From NCBI GenBank assembly GCA_963663405.2, contig CAXXSM010000073.1, positions 53,388 to 117,387 of the forward strand: a stretch of DNA of 64,000 nt, read 5' to 3'. Positions 51,064 through 61,037 of the stretch are shown one piece after another (position 1 is the first letter of the stretch; every line of letters starts with the position of its first letter). The position numbers and the translations under genes are program-made. Source of the DNA: a bacterium (GTDB taxonomy: Bacteria > Hinthialibacterota > Hinthialibacteria > Hinthialibacterales > Hinthialibacteraceae). Under the pieces are notes generated by a model. That model did not search any database and was not told the origin of the DNA. It saw nothing but the letters and a program-made list of their open reading frames with translations.

Positions 51064-53556
51064 ATGGGTGGTTTCATGAAATCGATCCTCGATATGATTT
51101 TTCCTGGACCTGCGAAAAATTCCCGTGCGTTCTGGTGGTTTTTGGCGCCGCAGCTTCTTGGAGTGGCGGCGCTGGTTCTTTTTTATATTGTTTATTATTT
51201 CCGGTATGTAATTATCTGGGATGATTTCTCTTCAGAATTTCTCCACGCTTCGTATTTCATTAATCATTATCTGCGTTTTGGGGAATTGCCCACTACATAC
51301 TTTTACAATTACTGCGCCCAACCGGTCTGGCCGCTTCGATTTGGATGGATTTTAGGTTTACCGCTGATTCCGTTCAGTTGGTTCCTCTCTCTGTTTCATG
51401 AACCGGGATTGTTTTTTTTGTATGATGTGTATGTCTTATCCCGGCTATCGATGGCGCTGTTTGGGATGATTGGTTGTTATCTTCTTGGTTCGTTGTTTTT
51501 GAAGCGCCCCGCTTCGTTTTTTCTTATGGGAATCGCATACAGTTTGCCGGTGTTCTGGACCCAACAAGCGAATGTATGCCAAGTCAGCCCCTATATGCCT
51601 TGGTTCTTGTATTTCACTATACGTGTAGTCAAAGACACTTCATTTTTAAGTCTCGTTTCATTGCTGGTTCTCTCCGTCTGCGCGTTTTATTCCTGTGTGA
51701 CGTATGCGTTCTTTGCGGGTTTTTATTTACTTCTCTGTCTTTTGCTAGCTTATGTTATCAGTGAGCTAAGTCAATGCGTTTTTGGATCTCAGACAATCGT
51801 TTCTATCTATCAAGAGAGTGTAGATCCTATCATCAGGTGGCTTTCCTTGTTTCGGAGGCGGCCTCTTCTTATCCTGTTGTTGATCGCTGTTCTTATGCCA
51901 TCCATTGGTGTCATATACACGTATGTAAGTGATCAGTCGAAAATATACGATTACGCCCGTGATTATTTTGATGAGACGGTGGATTTTGAACGAATTCGGA
52001 TGTCGAGTATCCAAGAGACATATGGCCGCCTATCCATAGGCGCGCATGTTGAAGCCAGTCCTACCCGCAGTGGATTTGTTGGAACGACAGTGATTTTGTT
52101 AGCCGCGATTAGTCTACTGGGATGGAAAAACCGCTATACCCGTCTCTTTTCTCTTACGTTTTTATTAATGATAATGATCTACTGCACACCTCCCGGCATT
52201 GTGTTTCTGAAATGTCTTTTTACAGTGATTCCAGCGTTGAGTCTCTTCAAATATTTCATCGTATTTTTAGCGGGGATGTGTCTTCTTCTCTGTTGTCTGG
52301 CGGCGCTGGGATTGGAATGGTTGCTTGATTCGATGGCTGCGTCCAGTGCGCCGGTTGAACAGACACAGAATAAAAAGAAGGGCGCGAAGGGATCACAAAA
52401 AGTCAGCGAATCTTCTAGTAAATCCATCTATTGGGCGTTGTGCATAATTTTAGGTCTGGGCGTTGTGTCAACAATTTTTATCCATTCGTCCAATGAACTA
52501 ATCGGAGATGCGAATTACTTCGCCTATCTGACTGTGTGCATGGTTGCTCTATTACTAGCTTTGAAATATAAGATTGTGAACGAAACCTGGGCGCCGGTGA
52601 TCATCTGTCTTATCGTTTTTTTGGAAGTGGCGGCGTATTCACATTCCAAACTATTGGCCGTTTCCCGCTCAGCGGTTCCAGACGGGCAGCGGAAAGTATT
52701 GGCCACGATTCAACAAAACGATCCGTACCGTTTGCAATTCAACATGATCTTTCCACATTATCCCGCCTATAAATCCAGAAATACGATCGAAGGGGAATCG
52801 CGCGCCGATGAGTTCCCCCCAACGATTTATCTGAACGATTTTTATGGATATGATTTCGGCTCCAATGCGTTTCAAGGACATATTACACTTCCGTTTTGGA
52901 CTTCGTGGTCGAGAAAACAGATGTATGGGGAATACCACGATCTATTGACAGTCATCGAAAAAAATCCTCTCGCTCAACGGGATCTATGGATGAGTGTCGC
53001 CAATGAGGATACGAAGATGTACGCTTTCTACCATCAAGCGTATGTGGCGCCTGATCGGGAAGATGTTCTGGAAATAATGAAGAATATCTGGTTTTCGATG
53101 GATAATCTCATTCTGGAAAGCCAACCGAAGAATGAAGATGATTCACTGCGCCTGCCCATTACGCCGGAGACCTACAATCCCGAACCCATCATGCGGATGG
53201 AGACCGCGCGCGCGCTTAAGGAAGGGCCGGTCACGGCGAATGATATTCATTTAGAAATCGAGTCGGATAAACCGGGATTTATCGTCTTCTTCATCAATAT
53301 TGGCTATGGATGGAATGCGGCTGTCAACGGTGTAAAAACAGAAGTGGAAAAAGCGTTTGGAACGTTCGCAGCGTTGGAAATACCCGCTGGAAAAAGCGAG
53401 ATTCATTTAGAAAGCGTCTCGATTTGGGGGGGATGGTATATTTGGGTGATGGGCGCTTTTTTCTATGCCATGATTGGCTTGGGAATCGTTGGGGCCTTCC
53501 TGGTTTACCGGCGATTATGGACAGATGGGAAATTCGGTGATCTTCGCGTGCTGTAA
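51064..53556 (+). CDS. YfhO-like polytopic membrane protein (putative GT-C)
   Basis: Many TM segments, early WDD, C-terminal GWNAAVNG...ALEIPAGKSEIHL. Confidence 0.65.
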   Translation: MGGFMKSILDMIFPGPAKNSRAFWWFLAPQLLGVAALVLFYIVYYFRYVIIWDDFSSEFLHASYFINHYLRFGELPTTYFYNYCAQPVWPLRFGWILGLPLIPFSWFLSLFHEPGLFFLYDVYVLSRLSMALFGMIGCYLLGSLFLKRPASFFLMGIAYSLPVFWTQQANVCQVSPYMPWFLYFTIRVVKDTSFLSLVSLLVLSVCAFYSCVTYAFFAGFYLLLCLLLAYVISELSQCVFGSQTIVSIYQESVDPIIRWLSLFRRRPLLILLLIAVLMPSIGVIYTYVSDQSKIYDYARDYFDETVDFERIRMSSIQETYGRLSIGAHVEASPTRSGFVGTTVILLAAISLLGWKNRYTRLFSLTFLLMIMIYCTPPGIVFLKCLFTVIPALSLFKYFIVFLAGMCLLLCCLAALGLEWLLDSMAASSAPVEQTQNKKKGAKGSQKVSESSSKSIYWALCIILGLGVVSTIFIHSSNELIGDANYFAYLTVCMVALLLALKYKIVNETWAPVIICLIVFLEVAAYSHSKLLAVSRSAVPDGQRKVLATIQQNDPYRLQFNMIFPHYPAYKSRNTIEGESRADEFPPTIYLNDFYGYDFGSNAFQGHITLPFWTSWSRKQMYGEYHDLLTVIEKNPLAQRDLWMSVANEDTKMYAFYHQAYVAPDREDVLEIMKNIWFSMDNLILESQPKNEDDSLRLPITPETYNPEPIMRMETARALKEGPVTANDIHLEIESDKPGFIVFFINIGYGWNAAVNGVKTEVEKAFGTFAALEIPAGKSEIHLESVSIWGGWYIWVMGAFFYAMIGLGIVGAFLVYRRLWTDGKFGDLRVL

Positions 53557-53574
53557 GAGAAATCCCTTCATTTT

Positions 53575-54591
53575 TCAATCACAGGTTGATTCAAGAAGCG
53601 TAGTAGAATCCTGCTTCACCACCTGGGGATCCTTGAAGACGTTGAATCCGATGTAGATTGCGGAAGGGATCCCCTGAATCGACGCGCAGAAGATATACAA
53701 CAACTGAAGCAGGAACGAAAACGCCACCGCTGCCGACACTTCAATCCCAAACAAGTTTAAAGAGAGAACACAGGCCAGTTGCGTCACGCCCGTATAGCCA
53801 GGGGTGGAGGGCAGGGAATAACTGATACAGAGAAACACACTGGCCGTAATCGCAGCCAAAAACGGGAGGTTCCATCCGAACGCGCAAATGACAATATACA
53901 TGTAACAGAAATCCGATAGAAACGCGGCGATCGTAAGCCACAAGACCACCACCAGCCATTTCCCTTGATGAATGGTTTGAGTTCCCGCGATCAATTGATC
54001 GAAAAACCGTAGAACAATGTCCGCCCGTTCTCCCAGTATCCATGTTGAAAGGCTCCGTACAACGGGCTTCAGTCTTTTTCCAAATACCAAAAAAAAGACG
54101 ATTGCGCACGCGACTCCCCCTCCTGCGGAAAGCCCTCCCAGTACGAGAGAAGGATCTACATCGACAGCCGTGATAAGCGAACAGAGAAAGAATGACAGCA
54201 TCGCAAGATCGAAAAAACGATCCACCATCGTTGTGGATATAATCTGCATGATAGGAATCGAACGTTCCCGGCTGATGATGTAGGTGCGGACGGCTTCTCC
54301 TGTCGGGGCGGGAAAGATGGTATTGCAGAAATAGCCGATCACAAGTCCCCGCCAATAGTGGAAACAGGGTTTCAAGGAACGTTCTGTAATGGCCGTCCAG
54401 CGGATGGAGCGCAAGAATGCGGAGAGTACGCCAAAACTGATTGCAATCGGAATCAGCCCCCACCGGATCGATGTAAATGTAGTCGAAAATTGATCCCAAT
54501 CCACACGCCAGAGACAGACCGCGAGAAGCAGCGCGCTGAGAATAATTCCAAGAATGAGGCGAATATTGAAGGTTTTAAATTCGTTCGTCAT
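53575..54591 (-). CDS. Lysylphosphatidylglycerol-synthase TM / flippase-like protein
   Basis: LRSIRW, GYFCNTIFPAPTGEAVR, DRFFD and LPSTPGYTG motifs. Confidence 0.8.
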   Translation of the reverse strand: MTNEFKTFNIRLILGIILSALLLAVCLWRVDWDQFSTTFTSIRWGLIPIAISFGVLSAFLRSIRWTAITERSLKPCFHYWRGLVIGYFCNTIFPAPTGEAVRTYIISRERSIPIMQIISTTMVDRFFDLAMLSFFLCSLITAVDVDPSLVLGGLSAGGGVACAIVFFLVFGKRLKPVVRSLSTWILGERADIVLRFFDQLIAGTQTIHQGKWLVVVLWLTIAAFLSDFCYMYIVICAFGWNLPFLAAITASVFLCISYSLPSTPGYTGVTQLACVLSLNLFGIEVSAAVAFSFLLQLLYIFCASIQGIPSAIYIGFNVFKDPQVVKQDSTTLLESTCD

Positions 54592-54618
54592 ATTATCTTT
54601 CTTGCTATGCGGCGAGGT

Positions 54619-55143
54619 TTATTCAAACTCACTGCGCTTGCCGAGAATCAGCCATTTCAACAAAAATACAATTTTGGCGATTGGTACCAACTTAGATTTT
54701 CCCAACACGTATTTTCCATCGCGCATCTGAATCTCTCCATGATCGAGAAGGCGCTGAATCCGCATCGACAAAAGTTCCCGGTCATTGAAGCGTTTGATTA
54801 ACGTCTCTTCTGTTAGACCGTCCGGCGCATGAAGGAGCGCGTCAATGATGCGTATCCGCAGAGAGGATTCACCAAGATTGATGTAGGCGAAATACCCATA
54901 GCCCAAGCAGCCATAGGTGATCGTATTGCATACCCAATACGCGAGGAAATCCAACCATTCAGCGCTGCTGTAGAAAAAGAGAGTCAGTTCCAAAATACAA
55001 ACCAGCAGAAAACCGGCGGCGAATCCAAGCATGATGGATTGAAATAATCGTATGCGTTTTCCAAGTTGAAGAGAGAGAATCTGACACAAGACGTTAAACG
55101 CCAGACCAGCTAAAGGGATACAGAATTGTGTGAACGTTCGCAT
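54619..55143 (-). CDS. Hypothetical membrane protein (paralog 1)
   Basis: 3 TM segments plus soluble SSLRIRII...RIQRL...GKYVL region. Confidence 0.65.
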   Translation of the reverse strand: MRTFTQFCIPLAGLAFNVLCQILSLQLGKRIRLFQSIMLGFAAGFLLVCILELTLFFYSSAEWLDFLAYWVCNTITYGCLGYGYFAYINLGESSLRIRIIDALLHAPDGLTEETLIKRFNDRELLSMRIQRLLDHGEIQMRDGKYVLGKSKLVPIAKIVFLLKWLILGKRSEFE

Positions 55144-55144
55144 T

Positions 55145-55690
55145 TCAGACCGGCCCTGCCTTTGTTTGATCGTTTTGACGGTCCGGACGGTAAAAGAGCA
55201 GTAATTTCGCTAGCCAGCGTCCCTTCGGCGTAGTCTTGTATTTACCATTTTCTAAAACGGCCATGTTGTCATGTAATAAACACTCCATCCGCGCGCCGAT
55301 GAAGGGCCGCTGATCGATGAACCGTTCCAACACCACCGGTTCGAGTCCATCCGGTCCCGCTTGATTTAACATTAAAAGAATACTGAGTGTCGGGCTATCG
55401 GCTTCCAAGGCGGAATAGGTGATGATATAGGCGAATGTCAGAGACATGACGAATAAAGCAAGGTGAAGGTAACTCCAACAATCCTCCGGTGTGGAGAATC
55501 CGGTTAATTCTCCCACCTTTGGGAAAAAATAGAGCGTCACGATCGAAAGAAACAGTGTGAGAAAGAAAATATAAAGCAGAGCGGCGGTCTGATATTTAGG
55601 AAGGTGAATCTTCCATAGAATGATATGGATGAAAAACGAGAGAAGAAAAATGATTCCTCCCCAGATTAATACTTGCATAACAAATCTCAC
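55145..55690 (-). CDS. Hypothetical membrane protein (paralog 2)
   Basis: 3 TM segments plus DSPTLSIL...RMECL...GKYKTTPKG region. Confidence 0.65.
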   Translation of the reverse strand: MRFVMQVLIWGGIIFLLSFFIHIILWKIHLPKYQTAALLYIFFLTLFLSIVTLYFFPKVGELTGFSTPEDCWSYLHLALFVMSLTFAYIITYSALEADSPTLSILLMLNQAGPDGLEPVVLERFIDQRPFIGARMECLLHDNMAVLENGKYKTTPKGRWLAKLLLFYRPDRQNDQTKAGPV

Positions 55691-55871
55691 CTGCTGCGGA
55701 TTCGATATTGAAGAAAATAACTCAAGTAAACAAGTTCGTCAAAAAAATATTCCATAGGTTTGCATTATTAAGGCCGAAATGAATCCGTCAAGTTCTAATG
55801 ATTTTGTGGGATAACTCTCTTTAATGATTCGTATATCCCATCACCTTCTTCTAATTCATTAATAAAGTAAC

Positions 55872-55900
55872 TTCAAGACTCGAATAATTCCTGCTATAAT
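55872..55900 (+). promoter_or_regulatory. Sigma70-type promoter of the sugar-biosynthesis operon
   Basis: TTCAAG-17 bp-TATAAT with an extended -10 TG. Confidence 0.55.
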
Positions 55901-55972
55901 TTATCGTCTTGTTGGAAAAGATGGTTGAGCCCAGTTTTATTTTTTCCCTTGCGCTGTTACGTTGTGGATGAA

Positions 55973-57493
55973 ATGACCTATAAAAATAAAATTCTCCCCA
56001 TACGAGAATTACCCGCCATTCTCGATAAAATCCGGACGGGGAAGAAAGTCGTGCACTGTCATGGCGTGTTCGATCTTCTTCATATTGGTCATATCCGGTA
56101 TATCCGGAAAGCGAAGAAACTGGGGGATGTTTTGGTCGTTACATTGACGCGGGATGAATTCGTCAACAAAGGCCCACACCGGCCTGTCTTTGAAGATTCC
56201 ATTCGCGCTGAAGTTCTGGCGTCTCTAGATTTTGTCGATTTTGTGGCGATTAGCGATTGGCCGACAGCGGTTGAAATAATCCACCTTCTCAAACCGGATT
56301 TTTACGCCAAAGGCGCCGAGTTCCGCAATCAGAAAACGCCGGAAATTATCAAAGAAGAAAAAGCCATCGAATCCATAGGCGGAAAAATCGTTTTTATTGA
56401 AGATATCGTATATAGCTCCTCGAATTTAATTAATAAATATATCTCACCTTTCTCGGAAGAAGTTAATCAATACCTAGGATGGATTTCCGAACGGTATTCA
56501 GCGAAGGATTTGTTGAAGCCAATCGAGAAGGCGCGGTCTCTCCGGCCATTGGTGGTTGGTGAGACGATCGTTGATGAATATCAATATTGCCAAACGCTGG
56601 GACAGTCCACCAAAGATCCTATCTTGAGTATGAAACAGATTTCCAGCGACCGGTTCGCATCGGGCGCGATGGCGGTGGCGAACTACCTTTCCGGTTTTTG
56701 TGACGAGGTGGGATTTCTTTCCGCATTAGGGACGGATGGTGAGTATGTCCGGGAAGAGCAGGTGACGAATCTCTTAAAAGAGAACGTCAAGCCGTTCTTT
56801 GTTAAAAAACGCGATTCACAGACCATCATCCGCCGCCGGTATTCGGAATCCTACTTCTCGCTGCCCATTCTCGAAGTATATAAGATGCGTCAATCCTCTA
56901 TCCATCCAGAGGACGATGAGGCTGTTAATGTCCGATTACTCGATTTGGCGCCTCGATACGATTTTGTCGTATGCGCCGATTATGGCTTGGGATTGATGAC
57001 TGAAGCGATGATCAAAACTTTGAGCGAACGGCCGGAGTATCTCGCGGTCACAGTTCAGACCAACGCGGGAAATCTGGGGTATCATCATATTTCGAAATAT
57101 CCCCGCGCCGATTATGTCTGTCTCGCCGACCGGGATATCCGATTGGAATTCCGCGAACCGGAGGGCGATGTTTTTCCCATGATTGAAGATGTGACGAATC
57201 GTCTTCAAGCGAAAATCATGGTGTTGACGCAAGGAAAACGACGGTGTATCTGTTTTAGACCGGACGAAGGATTTGTCGAAGCGCCGGCCCTCTCAACAAG
57301 AGTGCTCGACCGCGCGGGGGGAAATGAAGCGTTCTTTGCAGTATCATCCTTATGCGCGTATCAGAACGTTTCGATGGATATTCTCGCTTTTTTAGGGCAT
57401 ACCGCCGGCGCACAGGCTGTGGCTGAATATGGTATGGGACAATCGTTCGAACGGCTGCCGTTTTGCCGTCATGTACAGTCTTTATTGAAATGA
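55973..57493 (+). CDS. Nucleotidyltransferase-PfkB fusion (RfaE/HldE-like, reversed domain order)
   Basis: HGVFDLLHIGH, KGPHRP and SSS motifs, then VGETIVDEY, ADYGLG and LTQG. Confidence 0.8.
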   Translation: MTYKNKILPIRELPAILDKIRTGKKVVHCHGVFDLLHIGHIRYIRKAKKLGDVLVVTLTRDEFVNKGPHRPVFEDSIRAEVLASLDFVDFVAISDWPTAVEIIHLLKPDFYAKGAEFRNQKTPEIIKEEKAIESIGGKIVFIEDIVYSSSNLINKYISPFSEEVNQYLGWISERYSAKDLLKPIEKARSLRPLVVGETIVDEYQYCQTLGQSTKDPILSMKQISSDRFASGAMAVANYLSGFCDEVGFLSALGTDGEYVREEQVTNLLKENVKPFFVKKRDSQTIIRRRYSESYFSLPILEVYKMRQSSIHPEDDEAVNVRLLDLAPRYDFVVCADYGLGLMTEAMIKTLSERPEYLAVTVQTNAGNLGYHHISKYPRADYVCLADRDIRLEFREPEGDVFPMIEDVTNRLQAKIMVLTQGKRRCICFRPDEGFVEAPALSTRVLDRAGGNEAFFAVSSLCAYQNVSMDILAFLGHTAGAQAVAEYGMGQSFERLPFCRHVQSLLK

Positions 57494-57527
57494 TCTTATT
57501 TTCTATTGCTAAGTTAAAGGAAATACT

Positions 57528-58535
57528 ATGGCAAGCGATCAGGTGATACGTGAAATTCTGGTAACGGGTGGCGCGGGATACGTTGGCGCAGTGCTCGTTC
57601 CTAAACTGCTGAATGAGGGATACCAGGTTCGTGTGCTCGATTTGTTTATTTACGGTGAGGATGTTCTCAATGAAGTGGCGGATCATCCAAATCTGAAAGT
57701 CATCAAGGGCGATCTGCGGGATCTGAAACTGTTGGAAGAGTCGATCGCTGGATGTGACGCCGTGATCCATCTGGCCTGTATTTCAAACGATCCTAGTTTT
57801 GAACTCGATCCAGCGCTGGGAAAATCAATCAACTTCGATCCCTTCCGCCCGCTTGTAGAAATGAGCAAAAACCAAGGCGTTCAACGTTTTATCTATGCGT
57901 CCTCATCCAGCGTGTATGGTATCAAAGAAGAAGAGAATGTGACAGAAGATCTGCCGCTGAATCCATTGACCGATTATTCGCGGTTCAAAATGATGTGTGA
58001 GGAAATTTTAACGGAATACGAATCACCGGAATTTACCACTGTCACGATCCGCCCTGCGACGGTCTGTGGTTATTCGCCCCGCCTGCGCTTAGACCTGACG
58101 GTGAATATATTAACCAACCTCGCCTTTAATAATGGAAGAATTACGGTATTCGGGGGCGAACAAAAACGGCCGAATATTCATATCGAAGATATTACCGATT
58201 TGTATGTAGACCTTCTGAAACTGCCCAAGGAACAGATCGCGGGAAAAATCTGGAACGCGGGATATGAAAATCACCGCGTGCGAGAGATCGCCGAACAAGT
58301 GAAGGATGAAGTGGGGCCGGACGTTGAAATCGTGACAACCCCCACGGATGACAATCGATCCTACCATATTTCATCCAAAAAGATTGAAAAGGATATTGGC
58401 TTTGTTCCCAATCATACAATTCGGGAGGCTGTACATGATCTTGTTGAAGCCTTCGAGGCAGGAAAGATACCCGATTCACTCACGGATGAGCGGTATTCCA
58501 ATATCAAAACCATGCAGAAGATTCGTATGAAGTAA
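57528..58535 (+). CDS. NAD-dependent epimerase/dehydratase (extended SDR)
   Basis: TGGAGYVG, YASSSSVYG and YSRFK motifs. Confidence 0.9.
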   Translation: MASDQVIREILVTGGAGYVGAVLVPKLLNEGYQVRVLDLFIYGEDVLNEVADHPNLKVIKGDLRDLKLLEESIAGCDAVIHLACISNDPSFELDPALGKSINFDPFRPLVEMSKNQGVQRFIYASSSSVYGIKEEENVTEDLPLNPLTDYSRFKMMCEEILTEYESPEFTTVTIRPATVCGYSPRLRLDLTVNILTNLAFNNGRITVFGGEQKRPNIHIEDITDLYVDLLKLPKEQIAGKIWNAGYENHRVREIAEQVKDEVGPDVEIVTTPTDDNRSYHISSKKIEKDIGFVPNHTIREAVHDLVEAFEAGKIPDSLTDERYSNIKTMQKIRMK

Positions 58536-58560
58536 ACCGGATGGAATCCAAAGGTATCAT

Positions 58561-59391
58561 ATGAGCGAAGAAAAACAAAGCGAATTGGAAATCATTGCCC
58601 GGCGGATTCGCAGCCGGTTGGTTGAGTTATCGCATCAAGCGCGCGCGCCGCATCTCGGTTCGGCGCTTTCATGTGTAGATATTCTAACCGCGGCGTATTG
58701 GGGATGTCTGAAGATCGATCCAGCGGCGCCGGACGATCCCCTGCGCGACCGGTTTATTCTTAGCAAAGGCCACGCCGCGCCCGCTTTGTATATTACGCTC
58801 GCCTTTCGTTCCTTCTTTCCTGAAAACCTGTTGGATACGTATACACAGGATGGTGGTTCTCTTGCTGAACATCCTAGTCCCGGCTGTGTTCCTGGTTTAG
58901 AGGCCGCGACCGGTTCACTTGGACATGGTCTGCCGATTGGATTGGGGATGGCGTTGGCGGGGCGTATTCAGGAGCGTTCGTATCGTGTGTATTGCCTTAT
59001 GAGCGATGGGGAGTGCAACGAAGGATCGGTATGGGAAGCGGCGATGCTGGCGCCGGCGCATCGGTTGGAAAATGTGGCGGTTATTATAGATTACAACCGC
59101 TGGCAGGCGACGGGCCGGAGTGAAGAAGTAATGGCCATTAAGCCGCTCAAAGAAAAATGGCAGTCGTTTGGGTGGAGCGCCTATGAAGCGGATGGGCACA
59201 ATATTGGACAGTTGGTTGGTTTGATGTCTAACATCCCTGATGGATCGGGAAAACCGGTATCGATCATCGCTCATACGATTAAAGGCAAGGGTGTGTCATT
59301 TATGGAAGATGATAATAACTGGCATTACCGCATCCCAACGGCGGATGAAGTGAATGAAGCGAAAAGAGAATTGGGGACGCTGACGCCATGA
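58561..59391 (+). CDS. Split transketolase, N-terminal (ThDP-binding) subunit
   Basis: DRFILSKGH, TGSLGHGL and SDGECNEGSVWEA motifs. Confidence 0.9.
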   Translation: MSEEKQSELEIIARRIRSRLVELSHQARAPHLGSALSCVDILTAAYWGCLKIDPAAPDDPLRDRFILSKGHAAPALYITLAFRSFFPENLLDTYTQDGGSLAEHPSPGCVPGLEAATGSLGHGLPIGLGMALAGRIQERSYRVYCLMSDGECNEGSVWEAAMLAPAHRLENVAVIIDYNRWQATGRSEEVMAIKPLKEKWQSFGWSAYEADGHNIGQLVGLMSNIPDGSGKPVSIIAHTIKGKGVSFMEDDNNWHYRIPTADEVNEAKRELGTLTP

Positions 59392-60320
59392 GAAACGCAT
59401 TCGCCGCCGAACTCACCGCCTTGGCCCAAACCGATCCCCGTATAGTTCTCCTTTCTGGAGATATCGGAAACCGTTTGTTTAATGAATTCAAAGAACGGTT
59501 TCCTGCACGGTTTTTCAACTGTGGCGTAGCGGAAGCGAATATGACCAGTATGGCGGCGGGTATGGCGTTGAGTGGACTGCGACCCATCACGTATACCATC
59601 GCTCCATTCGTCACGACCCGGTGTTTGGAACAAATCCGTGTGGATATCTGCTATCATCATGTTCCCGTTACAATCGTCGGCGTAGGCGCGGGATTGTCAT
59701 ATGCGGGATTGGGCGCGACGCACCATTCGTGTGAGGATATTGGTTTTCTCCGGATGCTGCCGGGAATGACGGTCATCTGCCCAGGCGATTCGGTCGAGAC
59801 ACGCTTGGCGCTTCATTCCGCGATGAAACAGGATAACCCGGTCTATATCCGAATCGGAAAAAAAGGTGAGCCGGTCGTTCATGACGAAGAGCCGGAATTC
59901 ACCATAGGTAAAGCGATTTCATTACGAAAAGGGAACGATATCTGTCTACTAAGCACAGGGAATATGCTTCCCGAAGCGGCGCAGGCGGCGGATCTTCTAG
60001 AAACAAAAAATTGTTCGATTGGTCTCTACAGCTTTCATACCGTAAAACCACTTGACGAAGAACTTCTAACCGATGTGTTCGACCGTTATAAGATCGTAGT
60101 GACCATCGAAGAACATAGCCGCCTGGGAGGCTTTGGAAGCGCTGTCTCGGAATGGCTGACGGATTATGCGCCGCATAAAGCCCGGCTCCTCCGTATTGGC
60201 TCGTTTGATGAGTTTATGCATCAAGCCGGTTCTCAGTCGTTTGCGCGTAAGTTCTATGAAATCAATGCGGAAGCGATTGTCGACAAAACGCTTTCGCTTT
60301 ATAAGGAAACGATCTGTTAA
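59388..60320 (+). CDS. Split transketolase, C-terminal subunit
   Basis: GVAEANM, GATHHSCED and TIEEH motifs. Confidence 0.9.
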   Translation: MRNAFAAELTALAQTDPRIVLLSGDIGNRLFNEFKERFPARFFNCGVAEANMTSMAAGMALSGLRPITYTIAPFVTTRCLEQIRVDICYHHVPVTIVGVGAGLSYAGLGATHHSCEDIGFLRMLPGMTVICPGDSVETRLALHSAMKQDNPVYIRIGKKGEPVVHDEEPEFTIGKAISLRKGNDICLLSTGNMLPEAAQAADLLETKNCSIGLYSFHTVKPLDEELLTDVFDRYKIVVTIEEHSRLGGFGSAVSEWLTDYAPHKARLLRIGSFDEFMHQAGSQSFARKFYEINAEAIVDKTLSLYKETIC

Positions 60321-60354
60321 TTCATGTATTCATTGTATTTCATGATATTATGGG

Positions 60355-61035
60355 TTGAGAATAATGCAGAAAAATTTAAATAAGGAAGCATCTCAAACCG
60401 CGCAACAATACGATTCTGAATTCCGCGTTGGCGTTGATTTTGATAATACAATTGTTTGCTATGATGAGTTGTTCCATCGTGTCGCGCTCGAACGGAATTT
60501 GATTTCCCCCGATCTTCCTAAATCTAAAAACACTGTCCGCGATTTTCTGCGGCGTTGCGGAAACGAAGACGCCTGGACGGAAATGCAGGGGTATGTCTAT
60601 GGGGAGCGTATGGCCGAAGCGGTCATGTTTCCAGACGCGTTGGATTTTTTTATTGCCTCTCATCAGAACGGAATATCGGCGTTCATCATCAGTCATAAAA
60701 CCCGTCATCCCTATGCCGGACCAGAATATGATCTGCATAACGCCGCGCATCAATGGTTGGATAGCCAAGGTTTTTTTAATACAGAACGGACCGGTCTTAC
60801 TCAGGATCGGATTTTTTTTGAATTGACTAAAGAGGAAAAACTGCAGCGCATCGGTTCATGCCGCTGTTCCTGTTTTATTGACGATCTACCGGAATTTCTC
60901 GCCGAACCGGATTTTCCGAAGGGAGTAAAAAAGATATTGTTTGATCCACACCAGGCGTATTGTTCTTGCGAACAATTTACCCGTGTGGAGTCCTGGCGGG
61001 ATCTTTTCTCGATTGTGGAAGAAATGAGGAGATAG
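60355..61035 (+). CDS. HAD-superfamily hydrolase
   Basis: GVDFDNTI, SHKT and FIDDL motifs. Confidence 0.75.
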   Translation: MRIMQKNLNKEASQTAQQYDSEFRVGVDFDNTIVCYDELFHRVALERNLISPDLPKSKNTVRDFLRRCGNEDAWTEMQGYVYGERMAEAVMFPDALDFFIASHQNGISAFIISHKTRHPYAGPEYDLHNAAHQWLDSQGFFNTERTGLTQDRIFFELTKEEKLQRIGSCRCSCFIDDLPEFLAEPDFPKGVKKILFDPHQAYCSCEQFTRVESWRDLFSIVEEMRR

Positions 61036-61037
61036 GG

